Source of the DNA: Lama guanicoe
Taxonomy: Eukaryota
Assembly (NCBI GenBank): GCA_013239625.1
Contig: MU054187.1
Coordinates: 16,136,941 to 16,200,940, forward strand
Reading direction: 5' to 3'
Length of the DNA: 64,000 bases
Below, one piece after another: positions 52,321 through 64,000 of the stretch. Below the pieces are notes generated by a model. The model was not told the origin of the DNA. It worked only from the letters and a program-made list of their open reading frames with translations, and did no database searches. A program made the translations under genes and the position numbers. The stretch's first letter is position 1; every line of letters starts with the position of its first letter.

Positions 52321-52664
52321 ATTTTTATTTTGTTCTTGAATTTCTCTGTATTTTCCAGATTTCCTATAACAAATGCATATCACTGTTGCACTGTGGCTCC
52401 TAACACAAATCCCATTTTATATCATGAGATTATGCAAATTTGGCTATATATATTTTACCACCCTCTGTAATACACTAAAAAAAAAAAACAGAAGGTATGC
52501 TGAAGTAACTTTTAAAAAGTGAAAACAGAAGTAAAAAAGACCTAATAACAGAAGATGAGAAAATGCCAAATAACATATTATGAAATTATTTCATGCAGTT
52601 TGAAAGGGTGTCATGAAAGGGGTAGATGCAATGGCTTGTGGGTAAAGAAAGGAGAGACTCAAAG

Positions 52665-52860
52665 AGAGCAAACTCCTGGCCTATGCATAAGTGCAGCCCT
52701 CTGTCTGTGTAACGTTTCCTGGAGCACCGCCGCCGTCTTTCACTTGCATGTTGTCTGTGGTTGCTTTCACACTAACATGGCACTGTTGAGTATGTACAGA
52801 CTACAAAGCCTGAAATATTTACTACCTGGAACTCTACAGAAAATGTAAGTTTGCAAACAT
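52665..52860 (+). mobile_element. MER58A-like hAT-Charlie element
   Basis: 'TTGTCTGTGGTTGCTTTCACACTA..CAAAGCCTGAAATATTTACTACCTGG..TACAGAAAA'. Confidence 0.75.
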
Positions 52861-52865
52861 TTGAA

Positions 52866-53035
52866 CCCCTTATTCAAAACTGCAGTCTCCAGATTGGCAG
52901 CATCAGCATCCCTTGGTTGTATGTTAGAAATGCAGGATCTCTGGCTCCACCCCAGACTTACTGAGTCAGAATCTCTAATGTCAATGCACTTCCCAAGGGA
53001 TTCAAATGCACATTAAAATTATAGCAGCTCTTGCG
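52866..53035. mobile_element. MER5A/B element
   Basis: 'GCAGCATCAGCATC..TGTTAGAAATGCAGGATCTCTGGCTCCACCCCAGACTTACTGAGTCAGAATCT'. Confidence 0.85.
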
Positions 53036-55509
53036 TAGAGTGCATCCTGAGACAGAAAATAGTATTTCTTCTTGGGCTCAGGTGAAGAGAGTTGAGTTCT
53101 TTGTCAGCCGTAATCACCAACGTCATTAACACTGGGTACACTTCTTGCAGTTCTTACTTTATCATCCATTAATATAAATGACACTTTAAAAACTTCTCAT
53201 TACTTAGTCTGTAACATATTTTGGATTATTAGCCACTGAACGCCTCAACAGGAAGAGGGACCGAAGTGATAATTTTCCGAGGGCTGTTGGTTGCAGAGAG
53301 ATTTCATCACACTGGCATCGCAGACTGAGCTAGTAAATGCTGTTCAGCCTTAATTACTTCAGCTCACATGCTTTGCAAATTAACTTGGCTGAGTTTTAGA
53401 ATCAAAAGTTCAAGCGCTACCATTACATTTAGATCACCTATCTGAACTTTGCTGCTCAAACACATGTGTGCATATGCACACACACACAAACTCACACACA
53501 CACAGAGCAATTATGCAGCATTCCAGTCAGTGTGCTATGTTGGAAAGGTGAAACCAGAGTTTGAATGGGTCCATCCAAGTCATCTCTTAATTATCCAGTG
53601 GGACGTCAAGAACACTACTTCTGTTTGATATTGGAATGTGATATATAATATCTTGCCAAATTTACTTTCCTTGTTACAGTCGATGAAGTTTCTATCTTAA
53701 TCACATTACAGTGTAGAGTATGTGCTAACTGGAAGGTTCAAGATGACACAGAATGACACATTATTTCAATATATGATAAGCAATTAAACTTAAAACAAGA
53801 ATGTCTTGTGCTCTACACGGGGCAAGATAGTGTGCACATATTAAAGAATTCTAAAAGGAATAACTGAAAGTTGAAAAGTTTATCTAACAAATGAGAAATT
53901 GTATACATTGGAATTATTTTCAAACCCTGATTAACTGCAAGAATAAAACAAGTTTTAAATTCTATTTGGTATATTTCAATACCTTAGAATTGTGACTTCT
54001 TTTGAAATAACTGGAATCCATTAGGCATTTTTAAGTCAAAGTAATAATTTAGAGTAGTGACATATTTTATATCTTGGAAAATAAATTTGAAACTATTTAA
54101 TTTTTTCCGTTGGGTTGGGGAAGAGTGACATGGCTGTATCATGGCTGATTCTCTGAAAATACACGGCACTAACAGAAAATTTTAGTATCTAAAATAAAGT
54201 TATATTTAAAATCAATTTTATCATGTATTTAATTTAAATATAAGTAATTTAACAATAGCTTTTATTTTTATTTCAAAAATTTTATGACAAACTTCAAAAT
54301 ATAGTTAAGCACTATTAAACAAGTGAAATTAAAAAGTTACATGTTTCATCTTCTCTAGAGTTCTCTGGTGTTTCTTGTATTCAATTAGCCATTTTAATTT
54401 TAACTTCATTTCCTTTTCAATTGATTCCTGTGAGGCCTCTATATTTTTAGGTATAATTTAAGTATCAAAAAATACCAAATAAAGCTAAAAAGTAAAACTG
54501 TGGCATATTTAAACTTAATCAGGCCCAGGTGGGAAAATTACAAAGTGAAGTGTCAAATCGGCAGCTCCTGTTCTGAGCTGCATAGATGTGGAAGTCTTTA
54601 AATGCTCAAACTTAGAAGGGTGAGAGAAATATAACCTGCTGTTTCCACGTCTGCATATCAAGGTCCACAAGGGTTTATATGGCAGTCATTAATTCATGGG
54701 CAATAAAAATAAACAAAAGCAGCAATGCACTGTGTACAAGAAACATATTTTCAAAATACATATTCAAAAGGGCAAAAATTAAAAGATGAAAATTGAAATC
54801 TGGGCACAGTTAAGAGACTGAACAACACAGCAATTTGAATAAGAGAAATTTAATATAATGAATAATTAAATTCTGATAAAGCAGTAACTATGAAGATGTA
54901 ACAAGAACTCTAAAGGTTAGCCAAGGGCATAGGGAGAGTGTCCAAAGAAGGGCTGACTTGGAAGAGGAAAGAGCACCTCAAGGTTGGATATCAGACCTCA
55001 GTGAAGAAGGTATCTCTGTAGCCCATGGATGGCACAGGAGTTTGCTGGAATTCTGGAGCCGAGCTGGATCACTAAGGTCCAGTCTCCGGATTTCTACTTC
55101 ACTTATCCCTGGACACTAATGGAGCAGAAGGAGTCAGAGAGTTTCAAGGGCTGCGATATGACTATGTAGGTAGGCAGACAGTACTCTTGCCCTCATGGAG
55201 CCTGCAGTGTAGTCTTTGGCCCTCTGTGGGGGTAACAGCGTAACACTCCAGAAACAGTACTCCCCACCCTCGCCCCATAGTAAAGACAATAATTCAATTA
55301 TCCTTTAGCTTTTATCTTATTTAAACACTGCAATTGGTTTAACTTCTGTTGAATCAGTTTTCTGTCTTTAAACACCTCTGCTTCTCTTCTGTGAATCACC
55401 TGTCATATCCGTCGTGCGTATCTTTTCAGTGCATTGAAAGTAACAGAACACAAGATTGAAAGATCGTCCGTTCTTATATGATTCATGTTTTTAATGTATT
55501 TAGAAGTAT

Positions 55510-56240
55510 GCCAACCTCTTGTACAAGCAGTCTATCCCAAACCTACTTTTGTCCTGGGGTTTGTGTTTTTTCCTTCTGCTCTATCTTGTTATGCACATAA
55601 TCTTAATTAGAGAATCCTTGTTTTCTCCACTTACTGAAATTCTAAGTAGAATGACTCTTAAGACGTTTAATGTGGAAGACACCCTTGAACTAGCAATACA
55701 CGCTAGCCCAAGGTGACTCTCAGCTCTCATCTGTGGCTTCAGCACTCAAGCTATGTATATGAAACATCTAAAAACAGGATGGAAAATATTCAAGAGAGAG
55801 ACTGGTTTAATCAAAGTGTCATGTAGTACAGAATTTAAAGCCTTCCTAAAATCAAGCTCTACCACTTTTATGTCCCTTTGCCTGCATAACTGTAACTTGT
55901 CTGTGAGACTACAATACATTTCATGAAAATATGTGTTGTATCTCAGACTTCTCCGAGTGATCACTGGATTGTGTGCTAATTATTCTGTTATCTTCACAGT
56001 CATTCCCACTGAAACTGCCCTATCTATAATTTACAGATTCAACTTTCCTTCCTTTTCAAGCATGGAAACAATATTCTCTTCCCTAATTCTTCCAAAAATT
56101 AGCAAAAGAATAATAAGACTTTTCTTATTTCCCACCTTCTAAGTAATTTTTAGATGAAAGCTAATGCACTTTAGACCTTGGACTTTCTCGACTATACTTT
56201 TGTTTGTCTCTTTTTTGAAAACCATTTCATTCAGAACGTT
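55510..56240 (-). mobile_element. Second CR1/L3 RT remnant
   Basis: ORF 55746-55964 contains DIKVVELDFRKALNSVLHDTLIK, similar to the CR1 RT motif VDVVYLDFSKAFDTVxHDILI. Confidence 0.7.
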
Positions 56241-56329
56241 GTCTATTTTTGTGTGTGTGTGTGTGTGGAACAAATAAGATAATAAACGTAGCAACCAAAC
56301 ATGGTCTCTGCCAAATGCCGAGAATCTTA

Positions 56330-56470
56330 CTATCCTCCTGATACTGCATATAAGCATTATCATGCTCATTTTATAGTGAGGAAACTGAAGTTTTTAAAAG
56401 TTAAGAATATGTAAGTGACAGAGCTAGAGTCTCAGGCTTTGTCTCGCTTCCAGATTCCACTTTCCTATTA
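56330..56470 (-). mobile_element. MIR SINE
   Basis: 'CTCATTTTATAGTGAGGAAACTGAAG..GTAAGTGACAGAGCTAG'. Confidence 0.7.
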
Positions 56471-56749
56471 CTCTTCTCCTAGTTTTTTGTTGCCCCTTTT
56501 TACTCACCACTTTCACTTAAAATACTGGAGGAACGTTTAAAATGTTTGTCATCATTTCTACACTCATTGTACATGGACAGCACCTTTAATATTTTTATTC
56601 TTAATCCCAAAACACCTAAAATATTCTTTAGAATCTAATTACTTATTTTTGTAAAGTGTTATAGAGAGAAGTGTTTCATCCACCTTCAAGGTACATTCAT
56701 CAGTTATTCAGCATTTCGTGGAAATATCGTAAGTAAATGTAATTCATGA

Positions 56750-56900
56750 GACAGTTCTAATCTTGTCTCGAATACCTCCTACTTAAGTGACTCTGGCTGC
56801 GTCGCTGCATTCTCTCTGAGCCTCAGTTTCCTCCTCCATCAATAGAGGCAGTGGGCTTAATAATCAGAAATACAGTTCAGCTCCAGGGATCTGTACTGTT
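56750..56900 (+). mobile_element. MIR-type SINE fragment
   Basis: MIR core 'TCTCTCTGAGCCTCAGTTTCCTC'. Confidence 0.65.
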
Positions 56901-58254
56901 TCATACTTCCTTTGTTTAGACCAGTGGGTTAATTTCATTGTATCCATAAAAGTTGATTTAGTTCAGCTTGATCTAGGCCAGCCAAACTACTGCATTTGTA
57001 TGTCTATGTAGACACAGCCAGGTGGAGAAGGACACCAGGAACTGACAGCAACACAGGACCTTTGCCTTTCACACAGCACGTGGGTGAGTGGAGGCGGTAT
57101 ATTTTGTATTTGATCAGTCCGAGTAGAGTTACGTTTGGTGCTCTCATTGCTCTACTTAAAATTCTCTTAAGTTTTTGTCCAAAAAGTGACCTGTTCTATT
57201 TCATATATGAAAGCTTCACATTAAAAGAATATGAGGTAGCAGATATCTTTACTGAAGCACTGTTGGCAGCTGAAATCACTGACAACTTCCTGGCTGAGAT
57301 TCACAATCTATATTGGTGCCTTCGAGACAGCAGGCTATTGATTTTTCCCTGCCCATAATCCAAGACCATATACAGAGCTTGTTAGACATCTGTGGGAATA
57401 TAAACTGAGTTTTGATACAAGTTAGGAAGGTTCTCTTAGTGGGGCACTTAGTTTTTGTCTTAGAGAAAATCTTTACACAACTGTAATCCTGGTGAACTTT
57501 TTAAAAACAAACAATTCAATATGTTAGGTTGCAGGCTTTGGGATAGAGGACCTTTGCAAGACTTTTTCTCATTCTTTCTTTGCTTTTTTTGTTTGTTTGT
57601 TTGCCCAGAGTTTAGATAAAATAATTTTCTCCAGGGGTTAGCACACTATTAAATAAAGATTGGGCTTTTTCTTTTCATTATACCTAAAGATACTTTTTAT
57701 TTGATGAGACTAATTAAGGTAGATTTCAAGTGCTTTAGGAGATAAATGTAGGGCATAGACCTAAATAAAACTGTTAAAACAGTCATATGGGATCAACTAT
57801 AAAGCCATTACTGAAAAAATGAATAGGACTTATACATATCAAAAATGTATATCTATTTCCCTGAAAAAAAGGTATGACTACTTCTAAATCATTGCATATA
57901 TGTCTGACCAAAAAATGCAAATGGCTGTTTTTTAAAAGTTGATGTCTTAGGGAGAACAAACAAAAGTATTAGATTTTTTCCTTAAAGTAGTTCCTTAAGT
58001 GAAAGAGTAAATAATGCTTATCTAGTCCTATTACTTTACAGGAGAAGCTATGTTACAAAGTAAAGTGTATACACATTTGAGTATAGAAATTGAAGAAAAA
58101 TAGTATTTGAAGTATATGTATTAAAAAGTCAGACAACTAATACTGATACAAAACATAATTTCTAGAAAAAAATTCACCTAAAATGTGCTCTTTGCACTTT
58201 TTATGCTATTGCTATTTTTTGTCAAAGATTTTATTTTAATGAAAGTAACATCTG

Positions 58255-58540
58255 ATATTTACAGATAATATACTATGTGCCAAGAACACTTTTAAACATT
58301 TGACCTGGGTTACTCATTGACCCTCATAATAATCCTGAAATGGGGAATATAATACTATTATATTAATATAATGCTATTAATATACTATGGTAATATTATT
58401 ATTATCCCCATTTCAGATGTGGACATTGAGGCACAGGGATGTTAAGTAGCTTGTCCAAGTTCAGACAGCTGGTAAAGGTTAGAATCAAGATTCAGACCCA
58501 GGTAGCATAAATCAAGAGATTATACTCTTAAATTCTGCTT
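58255..58540 (-). mobile_element. MIR SINE with internal AT-rich expansion
   Basis: 'TACTATGTGCCAAG..TTATTATCCCCATTTCAGATG..TGAGGCACAG..GTTAAGTAGCTTGTCCAAG'. Confidence 0.85.
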
Positions 58541-58999
58541 ATCTATCTTAGAGTATTTTAAGCTACTTGAGGGCAAAAATTTTTATTAATTCACTTTTCA
58601 GTCACCTGCAGTATCTAACATATTACCTTGTACATACATTATCAATACATTCTTACTAAAATAAATTAAATCATAGATAAAAATATGTACAGAAAATAAA
58701 ACTTAGATTAAAAAGTAATCAGTGAGGCGTTCCTGCACTTAGAAGAAAACACAGCGCTTAGAATAATGTTTTCCAGTTTTAACCAATACTGTATTCCAAT
58801 CAAACCGTTTATGCCAGTTTATCTAGTTTCTGCAAATCCTCTAGATTATATTTTTTGAAGTTGAAATAATAGGAAAAGTGGGAATTTTTTCCAAATATTT
58901 TTTGAATGTTACCTCATCCTATGTCCTGGCTGTGGATCACTTATTTAGTTTCTCCACATATGCCTCCTTATATGTACACTTATTTAGTTTTAAAAATGT

Positions 59000-60110
59000 A
59001 TTTAAATGTACTTATAAATATTGTATAAGTATATTAAGCTATCTGTTGAAGAAGAATAATACACAAAATATCTTAATACTTAAAATCCAGCTTATACTAA
59101 AAGATTGTGAGTGCAGTAAAGTGAAAAGCTAGCAGATGGTTGAAATTCATCAAAAAGCTGAACAGAACAAATCGACTTTTATCTGTAAAGATAATTTTCT
59201 TAATTCAAAAAAAGAGTAAACCAGGGGAAAATAATAACAACAGCAGTAACAATTGAACTTTAGCGGAAAGAACGTGAATGCTTCTCATTAAAAGCCAGTC
59301 TCGGAAAATCATTCACCACAGGAACCGGAAAAAAATAATTTTAGGAAAGTATTTTAAACTCTCCGTGGGACTTAGGAAAACTCAGTGAAATAGATGTGTA
59401 AAGCCGTAACAAAAGGATGAATTGAAACGTAAAGACCAGTTGATGACATGAAGAGAAAGAAGTGTGCGATTAAGAAAAAAATATCCGAGTGAAGAGAAAA
59501 GACTAGAAGCAGAATCAAAATCTTAATTTGAGTTCATGAAGACAAGAATAGACACGTAAAAATAAATTATGATAAAATACCATATGCAGTCGAAATAAAA
59601 TAAATTTGAAAAACCTAACTAAAATAAATACCTCGAAACATAAAATTCCCAAAGTGACAAAAAATAGAAACATGAAGAAACTAAGTCGCAATAAAGATAC
59701 AGCAATAAAGAAAGAAAGATTCCAAGCTAGCATGGTTTTGTAGGTAAGTGTTACAAATTGTCAGGAAATAAATAATCCCTATTTTACAAGTTGCTACAAA
59801 AACATAAGAAGAAAAAATTAGCTAATTTAATCCTCCAGGGCTGGAGGCTGGGGGTGGGGCACGGGGCGGGGTGGGAGGCAAAATAAAACATTTCTCATCC
59901 CAGGAAGAGAACAGCCAAGCATCGGAAATCTGTCATTGAGATGCATCATTATAATGAACTAAGAACAAAATTTATGTCAGTAAAAGACTATATTTACTAT
60001 ACAATACAATGTTATTAAAATACTAAGTGTTATTTAACTTAAAAGTTTTCATACATTTAAAAATTATAAAGTTTTATGAACTTCAAAACCTATTTATGAT
60101 TTTAAAATAG
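59000..60110 (+). mobile_element. Very old L1 ORF2 remnant
   Basis: A-rich strand. 'AAATTTGAAAAACCTA..AAACATAAAATTCCCAAAGTGAC' and 'CATGGTTTTGTAGGTAAGTGTTACAAA..AGGAAATAAATAATCCCTATTTTACA' parallel the L1 PDGFTGEFYQTFKE region. Confidence 0.55.
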
Positions 60111-60319
60111 CACAGCATATGGAGAATGCAAGGAATGAGAGATAATGTCCTTGAGGTCATTCCACCAAAACTTGCAGCAAATGAAGAAATTTGGGTCACA
60201 TTACCTTTAAGATGAGGATAAAGGCAATGGTGAAAAGGATGACTATTTTTTATTACAGCACTGAAGATCCTGTCTACCGCAACAATGACAGAGATGGAGA
60301 AAGAGGTTAAAAAAGTGGA

Positions 60320-61090
60320 ATCGGAAAGGAGAGCCAATTCTTTTCGGTTCCTGCCAAGTTTGTGAAATAGCACAGGCTGGTTATTTCTTCTCTGAAGCCC
60401 GGAGAAACTCCTGAGGAAAATATGGAACCAAGGAAACAATAACAGCGAACTAGACATCTCTGAGGCCACAGGTGATGGCTCCACTGAAAGAATATGTGTA
60501 GAACTGGGAGAGGGTGGTTACGGTTGCTGGATGCCGCTACGGAGGTTGTACAGCGCAGGACCCCAGAGGAAGCTAGTCACGTAGACTAACCTTACATAGC
60601 CCGGAGGCCTCGAGGGGACGGCTGCAACCTGGATCAGAGACTGGATGACAGAGTTCTGGTGGTATGAAGTTAAGACACACAGTTTGATTTTGCTCTCTTT
60701 TCTTTCACCCACTGTTGCCTTATGCCAATAACTTCCTTCTCCATTCCTGCAGCAATATGTAATAATGGTGCTTACCTCGTGTGCAGCTGTCTAGAGATGT
60801 AAAATCTCAGCAGAGGAAAATGTCCAGGGTGAGAAGTTGAGCAAAATAAGTGTGTTTCTTGGATATTTATTCCTTCACCCTCTCACCTGCAGTCAGCCAA
60901 GGTGGGTGGAAAGAGACTGCTCTTCCCAGTGTTACTTCTCTTTGGGTGACAAGAGTGATTAACTGGAATTCTGTTATGCCTGGGCACTTGGACCCTATAA
61001 ATAAGCTCTTTCCTTTGTACTCCCCAGAGACTACGGTGTGGCCTTCTAACTTCCCCCAAATATTTTCTTGGACAGAGAAGCCTCTAGCCT
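60320..61090. mobile_element. Probable ancient LTR-like insert between L1 fragments
   Basis: GC-richer block with TATAAATA at 60996-61003. Family not identified. Confidence 0.3.
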
Positions 61091-61279
61091 AAAAGGAATC
61101 TATCCCCACAAGCCAAAATAACAAGACACCACAAACCAAGCAAAATATATCATCTAAAGCAGAACGATTGCAACAGATGGACCAAGAATATAAGTTCAGT
61201 AATTTCCTGAAACAGATTTTTTAAATATAGCAAAAATAGATCATTAAAACCAATAGGTATAAAAATTAGTATAAAATAT

Positions 61280-62140
61280 TAAGCAGTTAATATTACAGGA
61301 CTAATTGTTCTTATTTCAGATGATATGACTATCAACTTAGAAAATCCAAAAGAATTAATGAACTAATAAAGCAAACAAGAGATTTCAGCAAGATAGTCAG
61401 ATACAAGATCAACCTCTAAAAACTAACCATCTAGAAATTATAATAGATAATAGGATTCTCTAGCAACTAACTTAACCACAAATGCACATGTCCTTTATGA
61501 TGACTATTTTAAGACTATTAAAGAACATTAAATAAATGAAGAGACAGATGTTCATGGAGGGAAAAACATAATTAGTATATATAGACTTCAATTGCCCCCA
61601 ATTAATCTATAAATTACGTTAAATTATAATAAAGAACCCCACAGGATTCTTGGTATTACTTTACAAACTGATTCTAAACTTTATACAGAGAAAAAAAGTT
61701 CTATCAATAGATGAGGTAATTAAAAAATTAAAGGAATATAATTTGCTTATTGGATCTTAAGGTATACTAAAAAGCTAAAAAATAAAAAAATGAGTAAGCC
61801 ACACAATATACCCACACAGTACACCTCTAAACTGTAAAGGTCATCAAATAGAAGGGAAGTCTAAGACGTGTCACATCCAAGAGGAGCCTAAGAAGACATG
61901 ACCACAAAGTGTAGCGTCGTATCCTGGATGGAACCATGGAACAAAAAAGGAAAATGACACTAAAACTAAGTAAATTAACGAATCTTGGACTTTACTTAAT
62001 AATAATGTATAATAAATGTACCATATTAAGTAAGTTGTTAGTAATGGGGAAAACCTTATTGGGGGTACAGGAACTCTGTACCATCTCCTTTGTGTTTTCT
62101 GTAATCTAAAACTGTTGTAAATTCTATCAAAAAAAATTTT
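61280..62140 (+). mobile_element. L1 fragments (ORF2 piece plus L1MC/MD-like 3'UTR with A tail)
   Basis: 'TTATTTCAGATGATATGAC..TAGAAAATCCAAAAGAAT' (FxDDM..ENPK) and 3'UTR 'AGAGGAGCCTAAGAAGACATGAC..ATCCTGGATGG..GGAACTCTGTAC'. Confidence 0.8.
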
Positions 62141-63785
62141 AGCCTATATTCCACACCTGGTACAATATGACACATGGCAGAGGCTCAGTAAATTTGATAT
62201 CTTGTAGGTTAATTTCAGGCGAGGACAACAGAATAGCCTGAAATGAGAGGACAACTCTCCCTGAGCTAGCTCAAGTACAGAGCTGTAGATTGTATTGTTT
62301 ATGGAGTAAGGAATCATGCTATGTGTAATTAGCTGCTTAGTAAATATTACTGCAATTTTATCTAGATTACTGATACTAGATTCATCTCAAAGAAATGTTT
62401 GCTGTTTTTGTTGATGTTAAGTAACTCTATCTTCAAAAAAAAGTTTCCTTGTGAAATAATTTAAAGTATTATTCACAGGGATCTTATATCCTAGAATGAA
62501 CTGTAGTCACCTAGAGACAGTGTCATCTTTACATAATAGGGAGAGAAGAATCTATGTGTAGCGGATGGGGTTCAGGGAGAGAAGGAGGCTGAAGGATAGG
62601 GTAGATTTCAAACAGAATGCAATAGGAACAAGTACTTCTGGTTAGTGAAAGATTTTTTAAACCATTTTTCCTATATGAGGCGTTCCAGATGTACCAGTAA
62701 CGATGTATTTATTTTCATCCTCAAACCGGATAGAAAGAGGCTGCCTGATTAAAATCCCAGTAATGTCCCCTTTCTTAGAGAAAGCAGTAAGTGGGGTCAC
62801 ATGAAAAGTTTGCATCAAATCATACACATTGTTCTGCTATTCAAGGAATTTATTCTCAATTTGTTCAGTCTTTTTCGATGGAGTTGCTGTCTAGTAACTG
62901 ATATCTATGCATGTTGGTGAACAATTCAAAGTTTTTCTTTATTATTCAAGAAATTCTAGAATATCACATTGCAAAAACAATTACATTTCATCAATGATAT
63001 AATTAATTTGTACAAACAGAGAAATTCAATTATGAGAAAGTTCCGTATGAAAAAATATGACAATGTGGCAGGGGAACAGGAAGAAAGAATAAAATTTTAA
63101 AATACTCCTCTGTTGAAAGTTAACTCCCTGTTTAAATTATTTAAGAATCTGAAAAACGTTTAAAATAGCAGTTCTTAGAAAATATGTTGGCTTACCTAAA
63201 GATATAAAATAAAGTAAAATTAATTCTCACTCTATATTTAAAATAATTAATATTAGTTGTCTCTTTTAACTTAGAACTATACTTACTAATAGATGAATAA
63301 CCAGGCATTTTTCACAGTGTTAACAGAGAATCGGTGTCTGATGGACTTTATCTTCAAGTGGAATTCACTGGGCTCTCTAGCCATTTTATAATACGAATAA
63401 CAAGAACCAATTCTGGAACATTATCCTAAGATCATATATTTCTTTAATGGTCACTGTGAAACAGTACCATTCACATCCAAGTCATAAATGTTGGCTGTTT
63501 CTGAAATTTGTCTGCTTCACTGGGCACAAATGGCCAGAACAGAGGGATTCAGCTGGGCTTCTATTCTTCAGAGATTAAAAAGACATGCTTTATTCTTTCT
63601 CTCTCCAGTTAAACCAAGAACATTCCCTCTTTTTTTTCTTTTCCTTTCTTCTTTTTTAATTTTTTCTTTAAGTGCACTTTAGAAGAAGTCATTTGGCCTT
63701 TTTTCAAAACTGAAATTCACTAAGTGACTGTTTTTCTATTTGCTTCTAATCATATATATGATATCTAACATCTAATCTCTTTTCT

Positions 63786-63910
63786 AGATATAGATAGATA
63801 GATAGATATTAAAGAAATGTTATGTATGTGTGTGTGTGTGTGTGTGTGTGTATGCTTTATGTGTATGTATTTAGAGAGAGCCAGAGATAGAAAGAGACAG
63901 AGAGAAAGAA
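63786..63910 (+). repeat. (GATA)n, (TG)n and GA-rich microsatellite cluster
   Basis: Directly visible. Confidence 0.93.
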
Positions 63911-64000
63911 AGTTGACCCTTTATTGTGGTCTTGATCTAGTTTGCATATCTGTGAATACATTGCTATTACTTATTGGCAACTTAAGGTGCCACCCTGAAA

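Noticed and set aside
56996..57358. 120-aa plus ORF
   Set aside because: TTG start, no recognisable homology, and a length attainable by chance in 64 kb.
58938..58990. 14-bp direct repeat CACTTATTTAGTTT around 25 bp (CRISPR- or TSD-like)
   Set aside because: Only two copies, in eukaryotic AT-rich DNA, with no insert hallmark. Probably a local duplication.
60083..60484. 133-aa minus ORF
   Set aside because: Spans an L1/LTR-like boundary and shows no recognisable domain or exon structure.

Overview
AT-rich, CpG-depleted placental-mammal genomic DNA. Two tRNA-derived SINEs with the 'GGGGAGGGTATAGCTCAG...GGTTCAATTCCCAGT..CTCCA' head point to a camelid (Vic-1 type SINE). I find no recognisable intact protein-coding gene, structural RNA gene or CRISPR array, so the window looks like a gene desert or very large intron. 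Much of it is decayed transposons: L1 of several ages, L2, MIR, CR1/L3, MLT1/MLT2 LTRs plus a MaLR internal segment, MER2, MER44/Tigger7, MER5, MER58 and MER94. Most ORFs in the track are spurious or TE-derived. Between the repeats lie multi-kb repeat-poor blocks with clustered homeodomain/TALE/RFX motifs, which are candidate conserved enhancers. The most unusual signals are an AT-rich segment at ~59.2-60.6 kb that retains CpG, several minus-strand exon-like segments (39847-39943, 7537-7719, 1-699) that could be remnants of an unannotated or pseudogenised gene, and two fold-back structures. I did not find a demonstrable new biological system. Repeat subfamily names and boundaries come from recalled consensus sequences and are approximate.
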